Source of the DNA: Octopus sinensis
Lineage: Eukaryota
Direction: 5' to 3'
DNA length: 64,000 bases
Assembly: GCF_006345805.1 (NCBI RefSeq)
Contig: NC_043011.1
Coordinates: forward strand, 868,001-932,000
Positions 36,204 to 47,469 of this stretch are shown here, one piece after another. The number at the start of each line of letters is the position of its first letter. The first letter of the stretch is position 1. A program made the position numbers and the translations under genes. The notes under the pieces were generated by a model that had not been told where the DNA came from, made no database searches, and saw nothing but the letters and a program-made list of their open reading frames with translations.

Positions 36204-38668
36204 CTACAACTCATCTAAAGTGTATATATAATCAGGTGTAGTTTCATGGCAGTCAACAACTGACGCAGGCAGTTTATTCCATGCTTCAGCAACTCTGAGC
36301 GTGAAAAAATGTTTCTGAAAGTCATGAGAGCTGTATTGTTTTCTGACTTTGTAGGCATGTCCACGTGTGTTAGACACATGGAGATCAAAAAGGTGTTCAG
36401 TGTTGTTGTTGGTGAGGTGGTTGATAACTTTGTGGGTGTTTACCAAGTCCGTCGCCAGACGCCGGAGCTTCAGTGAATCCATGCCCAGGGAAACAAGGCG
36501 CTCAGAATATGGTAGGTGTCTGATGGAGGGTATGCGTTTGGTTGCACGTCTCTGGACAGATTCCAGGAGGTCAATGTTCTGTGCAAGATAGGGGTTCCAA
36601 ACTGATGATGCAAATTCCAAGTGTGGTCGTACCATAGCTGTATACAGTTTTAAATAGATGGCTGGAGAGCGGCTAACAAAAGACCTGCTGAGTGATGCCA
36701 AGACACCCTCGGCCTTCCTGACAATCTTAGAGATATGCTTTGTCCAACGCAAATCACTGCTGACAGTGATGCCTAGGTCACGCTCGCAAGAGGATTTCTT
36801 GATATCAGTGTTGTGGAGGGAGTATGTGAACGCAGGGTTTTTTCTCCCAAAATGCATGGTGGTACACTTGTCCACAGCCAGTTTCAGTTGCCAGTCTGTG
36901 ATCCATTGCTGCATTGTGTCTAGGTCTGATTGCAGGAAAGAGTTGTAGACATCAGGATCTGTCCTCTTGATTTCAAGGTACAGCTTGATGTCGTCTGCAT
37001 ATTTCAATACTGTGGCATTCTTTAAATTGGCATCTATGTCGTTAATGTATGCCACAAACAAGAGGGGACCAAGGACAGATCCCTGTGGTACACCCGATGA
37101 CATCTCATATGGTGTAGAGTGCTGTCCTAGAACTGTGACAACCTCCTTTCGGCTGAGGATGAAGGATTTCAACCAGTTAAAAAGGTCATCCCCCACACCC
37201 ATTGCAGAGAGTTTCACCATAAGCCTTTTGTGTGGCACAGAGTTGAAAGCCTTAGCAAAGTCAAGGTAGACAACATCCACCCATGAGCCACTGTCAGTAA
37301 TCTGAGTAATGTCCTCAAGGAACTCGACAAGCTGGTCACTGCAGCTGGAGTTAGGGACAAATCCATATTGTGAGGGTCGGATGAGACTGTGAGAGCTCCA
37401 GAAGTTCCAGAGTGTTTCTCTGACACACGATTCCATCAGTTTTGCAATACAGCTAGTGAGACTGACTGGGCGATAGTTGACAGGTGATGTGCGGTCGCCC
37501 TTTTTGAACAGAGGAATGACACTGGCAGTTTTCCACTGCTCCGGAGTAGCACCATTGTTGAGACAGTACTGGAAGAAAATAGAAAGCTGGTGTAAAAGGA
37601 AGTGCCTGCCACGTTTGAGAAGCAGGTATGTAACTCCATCGAGACCAGGGGAGGCATAGTTGCGCTTATTTTGAAGGTGACGTCGCAGCATTGCAGGTGT
37701 AAATTCCATAGTTGTTATGGAGTTTGCTGTTAGTGATGGTGAAGATGGTACATCTTGACTTTCAACAGTGAATATGTTTGCATAGCACTCGGCAATGAGT
37801 TCTGCGCATTCCTTGGGGTCGTCAGTGATCTGGTTTGTGTGAGGGTTGCGAAGAGGGCCCACTGGAGAGTGAGGTCTCTGCTTTGAGTGCACATATTTCC
37901 AGAAAACCTTACTGTCAGGATTGGCTGCTATGCACTGTTCAAATTCAAGCACTGCTTTTTTTGTTACTTGCTTGAGATGGTTGGAGGATTTATTCCGCTT
38001 CTTCCTGTTGGTGTCTGATTTATGCAACCTGTATTCCTGTTCAGCAGTCCGACGTTCCCTCCTGGCAAGTCGGACCGCTGAAGTTTCCCAAATTGCCCTT
38101 TTGGGGCGGTTCTTCTTTTTTTGTTTACGTGGCACTGATGCTGCACATGCTGCCCATATTGAGTCCAGGATACTCTGGAGTATAGTATTCACATCTCCAG
38201 AGTTGTAGAATTCACGCCAGTTTGGGTGCTGTAGTTCAGTGTGGTACAGGTTCCAATCTGCTCTCTTCCAATCGAAGGAAGCAGATTGGAGATGGTTCAG
38301 GTTTTTGTTGCCCGCAAGAGCCAGATTGGCGATGATCATAGCATGATCAGAGTCACCTAGAGGTTCCTCCGTAGTGCAATTGATAACCGCTTCAGGAGTT
38401 GTGGTGAAGAGCAGGTCCAAGGTGTTGTCGCCTCTTGTTGGAGAGGTGACTACTTGTGTCCAGTTTGAGTCCAGCACAAGCTCAACAAAATCGTTTGCAC
38501 TCTGTGGCCAATGGAAGGTCTCCCAATCGATCTCGGGATGATTGAAATCGCCTGCAATAAACACATAAGTGGCTGTTTTCCTGGCAGCAGCTCGGAGGAC
38601 ATTGCAAAGCTGTGTGTCCCGATGGGAACTTGGGGGACGATAAACAACGCCAAGCAGGAGTGTTGACA
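36204..38668 (-). CDS. LINE ORF2, C-terminal part (rest of APE, RT, C-terminal domain)
   Basis: 821-aa open frame: YRPP, GDFNHP, PTRGDNTLDL, SDH, SPGLDG, NYRPVSL, QGSVLGP, YADD, RPHLEFAS. Confidence 0.95.
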
Positions 38669-38672
38669 TGGT

Positions 38673-39090
38673 TGTAGTGATGCTACTGTGTAGGGTTCGG
38701 CGCGCATGCGCAGAATGGGACTACTTCCGGGTGGCCACCGGAAGTCTTCCCCATGCGCATGTGCGGGAAAACATCTCTCGAGCCCGCGAACCTCAAATCT
38801 CTCTCTTCGGCTCAAGACAGCACTGCGATCGGTCACGGTTTTCCTGGCTCTGACAGCCACACACCAGCTTCAACCAACTTCAACCAACCTCAACGACCAA
38901 CACCAGCAGTATATCAGAGGCTGTCTATTCCCCCATCAGACAACGTACAACCATGAATCAATAAACCAAGTTGTCTGTTCACCTTTAACCTGAGTTTCGT
39001 CTGTTTGTTTTCTACAAGAATTTTTGTATGTGACTAGAAAGGATCTCGACACCCTGCCAGTGCTTCGATGATAGATCCTTTCACGTTACA
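38673..39090 (+). repeat. 5' LTR (418 bp)
   Basis: TGTAGTGATG...CACGTTACA; matches the 3' LTR base for base on manual comparison; AATAAA near 38960. Confidence 0.97.
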
Positions 39091-39092
39091 AT

Positions 39093-39102
39093 TGGTGACC
39101 CC
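39093..39102 (+). promoter_or_regulatory. Primer-binding site (tRNA-Trp type)
   Basis: TGGTGACCCC, 2 nt after the LTR, complementary to the tRNA-Trp 3' end GGGGUCACCA. Confidence 0.8.
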
Positions 39103-39470
39103 TAGTTGAGAAAAAGAACAGGATAGAAAAAGACACAGCGAACAGGTTTTTTTTGGGGCCGAAGAGCGCGGAAATTCACATTTATTTTCCTATTTTCTCC
39201 TTTTCAGCACGGCGAGGTGGGTCAAATAGCCTTATTCATCGCACACAGTACAAAAAAAAAAAAAACAAAGAAAAAAGAAAACACACACACATTCATTTTT
39301 TTTCCTTTTCTGTATTTTGTTTTCCTTGTACACACCTATTCCTTTTTTTGCTACCCACGAGGTGCACACACAAACACAATTTTGAATTGCCTTCTCGGTT
39401 CCACGTGTTCTCTCTCCACTTCTAGACCATACCTTCTGCCCCCTTCTCACAGATTCCTTCCGACAAAGGC

Positions 39471-39953
39471 ATGGCTTCAGGTTTGCCTTCATTTACGGGG
39501 GATATGGGCCTGTGGTTTGCCCAAGTGGAGTGGTATTTTGATGCACATGCCATTTCTCCACAGCAGCAGTTGCACCTGCTATATTCCGGCTTACATCCCC
39601 GACTCGCCGCATCGATCAGGGATCTAATAATAAGTCCCCACCCGGATGCCACATACGCGTCTGTGAAAGCAGAAATCCTCCGCCGCAACACACGTTCGGG
39701 GGAGAGCAATATTCAGATTGCCACGATGGCCGATGGAATACTGGAATTTCCGAATCCATCTCCATCGCGAGGCCTCTGTGCATGTATAGGGGGCCCTGCG
39801 CAAATTTCACTAACCGAGCGGATTGATGCGCTCACGCGGCGAATCGACGATCTATCCCGTGCGATCGAGCGCCGACAACGCAGTCGTAGTCGCTCTACCA
39901 AAAGGGCAGATCGGTGTACCCAGCCGTGCACTTTCAAGCCCTCGGAAAACTAA
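39471..39953 (+). CDS. gag: Short Gag (160 aa), apparently internally deleted
   Basis: [20 protein letters not shown]-terminus; RSRSRS..CTQPC C-terminus. Confidence 0.8.
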   Translation: MASGLPSFTGDMGLWFAQVEWYFDAHAISPQQQLHLLYSGLHPRLAASIRDLIISPHPDATYASVKAEILRRNTRSGESNIQIATMADGILEFPNPSPSRGLCACIGGPAQISLTERIDALTRRIDDLSRAIERRQRSRSRSTKRADRCTQPCTFKPSEN

Positions 39954-42900
39954 ATCCGGAGGAGGTGAGCACGTCACCTTCTTCCATCTCGTTTCCCAAA
40001 CATCGTGCATTCTATGTAAAAGATCTGGTGTCGGAGAAATTCTTCATGGTAGACACCGGCTCCTGTTGCAGCATCTGGCCCCTTCGTCTGGCTGCAGACA
40101 AGCCCAAGCGCTCTTCGATTGTCTTGCATGCTATTGACTCGTCTCCCATAACCACTTACGGTCAGGTTTCGCTGCGCCTCAACCTCAACCTTCGTCGAGA
40201 TTTTCGATGGGTTTTCGTCATCGCTGACATCCCACATCCTATTCTCGGCGCTGATTTCCTGGATAGGTTTAACCTATTGGTGGATGTCAGGCGTCGGAGG
40301 CTTCTTGATAGCACGACGTCGCTCTCTACACCGACTGGGAGTTCCACCACTGCGGTCCTTAGCCCGACATTCTTTGTTGCCACCTCTGGAGACCCTTTTC
40401 ACTCTCTTTTGGTTTCATTTCCGGAGCTAGTGGACATTGCCTTTAAACCGGAAAATCCTACCCACTCGACCCTCCATTTCATCACCACCAATGGGCCACC
40501 TGTATTCTCACGCCCCCGGCGCCTAGCGCCAGACCGACTTAAAACGGCCAGAGCCGAGTTTGAGCACATGCTTCAACTTGGCCTTATACGCCCCTCCACC
40601 AGCCCATGGGCATCTCCCCTTCATTTGGCGCGAAAGGGCGAGTCTGATTTTCGCCCGGTTGGAGACTATCGACGCCTCAATGCCGTCACAATAGCCGATC
40701 GCTATCCGATTAGAAATCTCCAGGACTTTACAGCAAATCTCCATGGTTGTACCATTTTTTCGAAGGTCGATCTGATACGCGCTGACCACCAAATACCGGT
40801 CAACCCAGCCGACGTTCCAAAAACTGCAATCACTACCCCGTTTGGGTGTTTTGAGTTTTTGTACATGAGTTTCGGTTTGCGGAATGCTACTAGCACCTTC
40901 CAGCGTTTCATTGATGAGGTTGTCCGCGGTCTTGATTTTGTGTTTGCCTATGTCGATGACATACTCATTGCGAGCGACACACGAGAAAATCATCTCCGGC
41001 ACCTTTCTCAACTCTTCCAGCGTCTTCGCGCGTATAGCATACGCATAAACCCCGACAAGTGTGTTTTCGGACGCTCTTCCCTAGATTTTCTAGGGCATCA
41101 TATTGATTCAACGGGAATCAGCCCCCTCTCGTCAAAAGTCGATGCCATTCAACGCATCGCACCCCCCACTTCCTTGCGCCAGCTCAGGCATTATCTAGGG
41201 ATGGTCAATTTCTACCGACGCTTCATTCCCGGTTGTGCAGATAAGCTGCTACCTCTCACCAGGCTGTTAAAGGACTCTCCTAGAAAGGACAGTCAAGTCA
41301 CCCTCTCTGTTGAGGCAGTGACAGCCTTTGAGTCCATTAAGAAGGAGCTGGCTTCTGTTTCTTTGCTTGCACATCCAGTTCCTGGTGCTTCTCTCTCTTT
41401 GACTGTGGACGCATCGGACACTGCGATTGGCGCTGTGTTACAACACACAGTGGATGACCATGTTCGACCTCTAGCCTTCTTTTCCCGTCAACTGCAACCA
41501 GCTGAACGACGATACAGCACCTTTGATCGTGAGCTCCTAGCGATCTATCTATCGGTTCGTCATTTCCAGCATCAACTTGAAGGGCGAGATTTTGTGATCT
41601 ATACGGATCACAAGCCCCTTACGTTTGCCCTGTTTTCAAAAACGGACAAACTCTCACCCCGTGCTTTTCGGCACCTGGATTTTATCTCTCAATTTACTAG
41701 CAACATTCGACACATACCTGGAAAAGAGAACGTTCCTGCTGACGCTCTCTCTCGCCTTCCAGTTTGCGCCCTTTCGTCTCCTGCTGCTATCGACTTAGCT
41801 GCCATATCGCAGGAGCAGCCACCTTTGGCGTCGTTAGATTTAACTTCTCCCAAGTTCTCCTGTTGCCAGTTTTCCTACCTTCCGCTTCCGTCAGCCGAAG
41901 GCACCATTCTTTGTGACACTTCAACTGGATCTCCCAGGCCACTGGTGCCTGAGACCCATCAACGCTCAGTGTTTGAAGCACTGCACTCCTTATCACATCC
42001 TGGCATCGCTGCCACCCTCAAACTAATCACTGCTCGGTTTTTCTGGCCGAATATGCGTCGCACAATTACTTGTTGGACACGCACCTGCTCCAAGTGTCAA
42101 CGATCCAAGATTCAACGGCACGTTCGTGCCCCGCTTGGACAATTTCCCCCCACGGAGGCCCGTTTTCGCCATGTCCACATCGATCTGGTTGGACCATGGC
42201 CTGTGAGTCGCGGGTTCTCTTATCTATTAACTTGTGTCGATCGTTTCTCCCGCTGGCCAGAAGCCATTCCGATAGCAGACATTTCTGCTGAGACTGTTGC
42301 GCGAGCTTTCGTTTCAAACTGGATTTCTCGTTTCGGAGTCCCGTCCCGATTGACAACTGATCGTGGACGACAGTTTGAGGCCTCGCTATTTCGCGAGTTG
42401 TCGCGAATTTTGGGTATGCACCATATCCACACCACAAGCTACCATCCAGCGTCTAATGGATTGGTTGAGCGGTTCCATAGACAGCTCAAGGCCGCTCTTC
42501 GTGCCTCTTCGGACCCACAGTCCTGGATCGAATTTCTGCCCATTGTGCTTCTCGGCTGTCGGACTGCTGTCAAGGCAGACCTGGGGTTTTCTGCTGCAGA
42601 GCTGCTGTATGGTACCACACTGGCATTGCCCGGTACGATGTTGGTGCCAGACACTTCCCCGCCCCATGATCCGGCGACCTATGTCACCAGACTGCGGGAA
42701 TATTTTTCAAACCTTCCGCCCATGCTTCCCAGAAAGCAATCTCCACCGTCCCATCTTCCACCGGATATGAACACCTGGTCGCATGTTTTTGTTCGGGACG
42801 ATTCTGTGAAGGGCCCACTTGTTTCTCCCTATAAAGGACCTTTTCGTGTGCTTTCTCGCACACCAAAGGTTTTCACGATTGAGATAAATGGTCGTTCGGA

Positions 42901-43156
42901 GACCGTTTCCGTGGACCGTTTAAAAAAGGCACATTTTGAGACGTCTTCATCTTTTGATGACAACCTTGACACACCCACCTATGCACCTTTAACAACACTT
43001 TCACCTGCACAAACGCCTTCACCTGCACAAACACCTTCACCGGCTCCTACAACACCACCCTCGCCGTCAACGGGTGCCCCGAGCACACCGTATGTTACAA
43101 AGTCGGGCAGAACAGTGCATTGGCCCAAGAAACTTTCAAAAACAATTTACATTTAA
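39914..43156 (+). CDS. pol: Pol polyprotein (PR-RT-RNase H-IN), in the -1 frame to gag
   Basis: DTGS; WASPLH, GDYRRLN, YVDD; DAS..ELLA..TDHKPL..ADALSR; [26 protein letters not shown]. Confidence 0.97.
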   Translation: MYPAVHFQALGKLNPEEVSTSPSSISFPKHRAFYVKDLVSEKFFMVDTGSCCSIWPLRLAADKPKRSSIVLHAIDSSPITTYGQVSLRLNLNLRRDFRWVFVIADIPHPILGADFLDRFNLLVDVRRRRLLDSTTSLSTPTGSSTTAVLSPTFFVATSGDPFHSLLVSFPELVDIAFKPENPTHSTLHFITTNGPPVFSRPRRLAPDRLKTARAEFEHMLQLGLIRPSTSPWASPLHLARKGESDFRPVGDYRRLNAVTIADRYPIRNLQDFTANLHGCTIFSKVDLIRADHQIPVNPADVPKTAITTPFGCFEFLYMSFGLRNATSTFQRFIDEVVRGLDFVFAYVDDILIASDTRENHLRHLSQLFQRLRAYSIRINPDKCVFGRSSLDFLGHHIDSTGISPLSSKVDAIQRIAPPTSLRQLRHYLGMVNFYRRFIPGCADKLLPLTRLLKDSPRKDSQVTLSVEAVTAFESIKKELASVSLLAHPVPGASLSLTVDASDTAIGAVLQHTVDDHVRPLAFFSRQLQPAERRYSTFDRELLAIYLSVRHFQHQLEGRDFVIYTDHKPLTFALFSKTDKLSPRAFRHLDFISQFTSNIRHIPGKENVPADALSRLPVCALSSPAAIDLAAISQEQPPLASLDLTSPKFSCCQFSYLPLPSAEGTILCDTSTGSPRPLVPETHQRSVFEALHSLSHPGIAATLKLITARFFWPNMRRTITCWTRTCSKCQRSKIQRHVRAPLGQFPPTEARFRHVHIDLVGPWPVSRGFSYLLTCVDRFSRWPEAIPIADISAETVARAFVSNWISRFGVPSRLTTDRGRQFEASLFRELSRILGMHHIHTTSYHPASNGLVERFHRQLKAALRASSDPQSWIEFLPIVLLGCRTAVKADLGFSAAELLYGTTLALPGTMLVPDTSPPHDPATYVTRLREYFSNLPPMLPRKQSPPSHLPPDMNTWSHVFVRDDSVKGPLVSPYKGPFRVLSRTPKVFTIEINGRSETVSVDRLKKAHFETSSSFDDNLDTPTYAPLTTLSPAQTPSPAQTPSPAPTTPPSPSTGAPSTPYVTKSGRTVHWPKKLSKTIYI

Positions 43157-43273
43157 CTTTCTTTAAAATGTTTCTTATTGTATAATAGTATGTACCAAGT
43201 CTTCTGGGGGATCGGCAAGCCTTCTGTTTTCTGCAGCACCACCACAATATTCTGGTTGCCGTACTTCGCACTC

Positions 43274-43285
43274 GGAGGGGAGCCC
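43274..43285 (+). promoter_or_regulatory. Polypurine tract
   Basis: GGAGGGGAGCCC immediately before the 3' LTR. Confidence 0.75.
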
Positions 43286-43703
43286 TGTAGTGATGCTACT
43301 GTGTAGGGTTCGGCGCGCATGCGCAGAATGGGACTACTTCCGGGTGGCCACCGGAAGTCTTCCCCATGCGCATGTGCGGGAAAACATCTCTCGAGCCCGC
43401 GAACCTCAAATCTCTCTCTTCGGCTCAAGACAGCACTGCGATCGGTCACGGTTTTCCTGGCTCTGACAGCCACACACCAGCTTCAACCAACTTCAACCAA
43501 CCTCAACGACCAACACCAGCAGTATATCAGAGGCTGTCTATTCCCCCATCAGACAACGTACAACCATGAATCAATAAACCAAGTTGTCTGTTCACCTTTA
43601 ACCTGAGTTTCGTCTGTTTGTTTTCTACAAGAATTTTTGTATGTGACTAGAAAGGATCTCGACACCCTGCCAGTGCTTCGATGATAGATCCTTTCACGTT
43701 ACA
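43286..43703 (+). repeat. 3' LTR (418 bp)
   Basis: Matches 38673-39090. Confidence 0.97.
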
Positions 43704-44055
43704 TGGTCATACGCACGTCACAGAAAAAAACTTCTTCTTGTGATTCGTTCAAATCGGCACAAGGAATTACCAAAAAATTTGAACGAACGTAGACCATCAC
43801 ACCACCACCACGGCGGTTAGTGCGGTCCTTACGGAAGAGGTTGTACCCCGTAATGTTGAAAACCCCATCACAGAGTAAGGAATGCGCCCATGTTTCCGTG
43901 ACAGTGATGAAGTCAGGGTCAACACTTCTGACGTAGGCGTTGAACAAATGTATTTTGTTGCATAAACTGCGAGCATTTAAGGACAACAATTTGTACCCTG
44001 CTCGCAGTTTATGATGGTGTGTAGAGGATGGCAGGTTGTTCTGGCTTAGTTTCCC
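43704..44055 (-). CDS. LINE ORF2, N-terminal part (APE motifs)
   Basis: LSLNARSL..ITVTETW..GYNLFRKDR..GGGV; joins in frame to 38668 across the TSD (FFCDVRMT|MSTLLL). Confidence 0.9.
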
Positions 44056-44867
44056 TGAGTTGCTGTAGTCTTTTTAGTTATTGTGGGTAGAGAGCACTCA
44101 GACCAGCTGGTATCTCTCTTCCACGTTTCAGCAGTCTTGACAAATCTCCAGATTTGTCCATCTTCCCGAAGACTGAAGCTTTCCTGTAGAGCTGAGTTCC
44201 TATTCAGGGAAGCCACTACACGTAGCTTCGGACGTACATCGGACGGTAAGCCTGGGCGTGTTCGGAAGGTGGTCCGATTTTCACGCCCAGCTTTAACTGA
44301 GGCCAGATGGTAAGAGGTTGCCTCAGTGTGGTCCGTAAAAGACAACTTGATGAGCCTAGGTTTTGGGCCAGGTCGTCCAAGGCGGATAGCACCCGTTGGG
44401 GGAACGCAGCCTAGGTCTTTGGCTGAGTTGGCAGCAAAAGCCTGAAGATCAGCCATGTCTTCTGGCACCCCAATGGCAATGACTTCATGGGTGGCAGAAT
44501 CCGCGGTCTTAAATGCGACAAGAGGTACAGGTACAGGGAGGTTCTTTAGCAGAGCATTCCGATAAGACCCCTCATTGTGGAGTCCAACCTGAATGGTTGC
44601 TTTTATTCCTGCTACTTCCCCTTTTAAAGCACAGATCGATTGTTGCAGTTCTGCAAGAACCGCACTGGTCAATTGGTGTTGTTGTTGTTGCTGCTGTTGC
44701 TCTAGTTGTGGTTGATTTTGTTGTTGCTGTTGTTGTTGTTGATGTTGTTGTTGCTGCTGCTCTGGTTGTGGTTGATTTTGTTGTTGCTGCTGCTCTGGTT
44801 GTGGTTGATTTTGTTGTTGCTGCTGCTGCTGCTCTAGTTGTTGCTGCTGCTCTGGTTGTGGTTGATT

Positions 44868-44898
<31 letters not shown>

Positions 44899-45254
44899 TC
44901 CGCCTCCTCCACGGGAGTGGCAGGGGGAGACACAATCGTCGGTTGTGGAGGCACGCAGGCCTGACACTGAAAAGTCCAAGATTTAAGCTGAACCATCTTC
45001 CAGAGTCTATCCATCATAGCATTATGATGGCTCTTTTTTTGGCCTGGGATCTTCTGAAAGTCCGTGGCACATTGGAGGCAGACAGAGATGAGACATGTCC
45101 CACATTCGACCCAGCGATTACGGAACGTATTTTCGGGTTCCGTACAGATGTGGCAGGTGTGATTTTCTGGGCAGTGTTCTATTTTAGAGCAGCGACCAGT
45201 CTTATCGCACGCCGCTATGGATTTCACCATGGCGATTCTGTTGCTTCTGGTCAT
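44046..45254 (-). CDS. LINE ORF1 (about 402 aa): PHD-like Cys/His finger, polyQ, coiled coil, RRM-like domain
   Basis: CHIC..WVECGTC..VCLQC..WTFQCQAC; LAELQQSICALKGEV; IGVPE..IRLG..PRLIKLSF; start ATG uncertain (45254 or 45230). Confidence 0.8.
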
Positions 45255-45451
45255 CCGTAGAGACAGAAAATGTAAACAATACGATAAAAGTAAAATATAA
45301 AATATTTGTTTTTGATTCGTTCTTTTTTGTGTATATTCCTTGTTCTTAAATATTGTGTGTGTATATACACATGTTTCGTTCTTTTTTGTGTATATTCCTT
45401 TTTTTCTTAAATATTGCGTGTGTATACATAAAAGCATTCTTTCTAGAATTT

Positions 45452-46100
45452 TTTTTTGTTTCGTTATACATCGTGAGCTTTTATGTCCAATTTTTCCACA
45501 CTCAAAACATTTACGATTTTTAAAAGGACAGTTACTTGTAAAATGTAAACCTTCACATCCATAGCATGGATTCGGTCTTGACATTCGTTTTTCCGTTTTC
45601 TTTTGTGTTTCAGGTCGACACGCATGTATCTGAGAGCTGTGGAGGCGCAATGGCCCAGTGGTTAGGGCAGCGGACTCGCGGTCATAGGATCGCGGTTTCG
45701 ATTCCCAGACCGGGCGTTGTGAGTGTTTATTGAGCGAAAACACCTAAAGCTCCCTCTGGCATTCTTCAGCCACTGTCTGTCGAGTTAATTTTTGGTTCTA
45801 CTTAGTTCTAATTTTGTTAATATACGAGAACGTATGTCAGCATCTTTTCTTGCAGTTAACCCTTGAACAAAAATGAGACATTTGGACAAATCCGAGGTTA
45901 ATTCATTTAATTTGAATTTTTCTCACTCTCTATTAACGACCCCCAGCATAGGTCACGAAATCTTCATCTTTTTAAACTAAATTTAAACACTGCCAACATG
46001 TATTGAACACTTTCTCTGAAAATTCTTGATAATAAATTGTTTCATCGAAACCAATCTCACCTGGTTTCTTCGACAGAATATAATAAAACTTTCACCACCA
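45452..46100 (-). pseudogene. gag: Old Mag-like Gypsy gag remnant, split by a truncated SINE D (about 45640-45755)
   Basis: Zinc knuckles CYGCEGLHFTSNC and CFECGKIGHKSSRC; upstream broken frames EDFVTYAG..KCLIFVQGL..DADIRSRILTKLE..TVAEECQ. Confidence 0.75.
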
Positions 46101-46101
46101 A

Positions 46102-46227
46102 CTACATGGTTCCGGGTTCAGTCCCACTGCATGGCACCTTTGGAAAAGTGTCTTCTACTATAGCCTCGGGCCGACCAAAGCCTTGTGAGTGGATTTGGTA
46201 GACGGAAACTGAAAGAAGCCCGTCGTA

Positions 46228-46295
<68 letters not shown>

Positions 46296-46515
46296 CATGT
46301 TTGTGTGTCTGTGTTTGTCCCCCTAGCATTGCTTGACAACCGATGCTGGTGTGTTTATTTATGTCCCCGTCACTTAGCGGTTCGGCGAAAGAGACCGATA
46401 GAATAAGTACTGGGCTTACAAAGAATAAGTCCCGGGGTCGAGTTGCTCGACTAAAAGGCGGTGCTCCAGCATGGCCGCAGTTAAATGACTGAAACAAGTA
46501 AAAGAGTAAAAGAGA
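46102..46515 (+). mobile_element. SINE family A copy (5'-clipped)
   Basis: Body and tail match. Confidence 0.9.
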
Positions 46516-46555
46516 GAACTTGATCATGCCTCCATTTCTTATATCATCATCATTA

Positions 46556-47452
46556 AGGTGGCAAGTTGGCAGAATTGTTAGCACACTGGGCAAAATGCTT
46601 CATAGCATTTCATCTTACCTTACGTTCTGAGTTCAAATTCTGCCAAGGTCGGCTTTGCTTTTCATTTTATATGGAATCGATAAAATAAGTACCTGTTTCT
46701 TTATTACCCACAAAGGGCTAAACACAGAGGGGACAAACAAGGACAGACATAGGTATTAAGTCGATTACATCGACCCCAGTGCGTAACTGGTACTTAATTT
46801 ATCAACCCCGAAAGGAAGAAAGGCAAAGTCGACCTCGGCGGAATTTGAACTCACAACGTAACGCAGATGAAATACCGCAAAGCATTTCGCCCGGCATGCT
46901 AACGATTCTGCCAGCTCACCACCTTAAAATAAGTACCAGTTGAACACTGGGGTTCGATGTAATCAACTCATCCCCCCCCCCAATTGCTGCCCTTGTGGCA
47001 AAATTTGAAGTAATAATAATAATAATTATTATCATTATTATGGTAGCAAGCTGGTATGATCGTTTGCATGCTGGACAAAATGCTTAGTGATATTTTGTCT
47101 GTCTTTACATTCGGAGTTCAAATTCTGCCAAGGTTGACTTTGCCTATCATCCTTTCAGGGTCGACAAAATAAGTACCAGTTGAACACCTGGGTCAATATG
47201 ATTGACTAACCCTAAAAGTTTAGACCTTTTGTTTATAGTAGAAAGGAAAGGAAGCAAGTTGGCAGAATCATTAGCACGCCGGGTGAGATGTTTAGCACTA
47301 TTTTGTCTGAGTTCAAATCCTATCAAGGTTGATTTTGCCTTTCATCCTTTCAGGAGTGATTAAATAAGTACAAGTTACGCACTGGGGTCGATGTAATCAA
47401 CTTAATCTCATCCCCTAAATTTCAGGCCTTGTGCCTACAGTAGAAAGGATTA
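46556..47452. mobile_element. Cluster of SINE family B copies/fragments (about 46556-46693 +, 46696-46923 -, 47043-47205 +, 47253-47452 +)
   Basis: Repeated GAGTTCAAAT..GACTTTGCC..TAAGTACCAGTT motifs. Confidence 0.85.
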
Positions 47453-47469
47453 TTATAATTATTTGTAGT

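Larger units (their letters stand above)
38673..43703 (+). mobile_element. Ty3/Gypsy LTR retrotransposon, CsRn1-like
   Basis: TG..CA LTRs, 4-bp TSD TGGT (38669-38672, 43704-43707), tRNA-Trp-type PBS, PPT, gag and pol in PR-RT-RH-IN order. Confidence 0.97.
36147..45435 (-). mobile_element. Near full-length CR1-like LINE, interrupted by an LTR element
   Basis: ORF1, ORF2 and (TTA)n tail at about 36152-36182; candidate imperfect TSD ATTCTCTCTTAGAATTT (36130-36146) / ATTCTTTCTAGAATTT (45436-45451). Confidence 0.9.

Noticed and set aside
38450-38993. ORFs in and antisense to the LTRs (duplicated at 43153-43606)
   Set aside because: No recognisable domains; a by-product of GC-rich LTR sequence.
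44513-45260. Alternative-frame ORFs (poly-V/A, poly-T/A, poly-L)
   Set aside because: Other frames of the CAA/CAG tract.
45310-45430. Two ~55-nt tandem units upstream of ORF1 as promoter monomers
   Set aside because: AT-rich and only two copies; function unsupported, though they may belong to the LINE 5' UTR.
44046-45743. 565-aa ORF as a single protein with zinc knuckles plus PHD
   Set aside because: Composite: antisense SINE D, old Gypsy gag knuckles, an AT-rich LINE 5' UTR and true ORF1. The open junction is most simply chance, although a gag-ORF1 read-through cannot be excluded.
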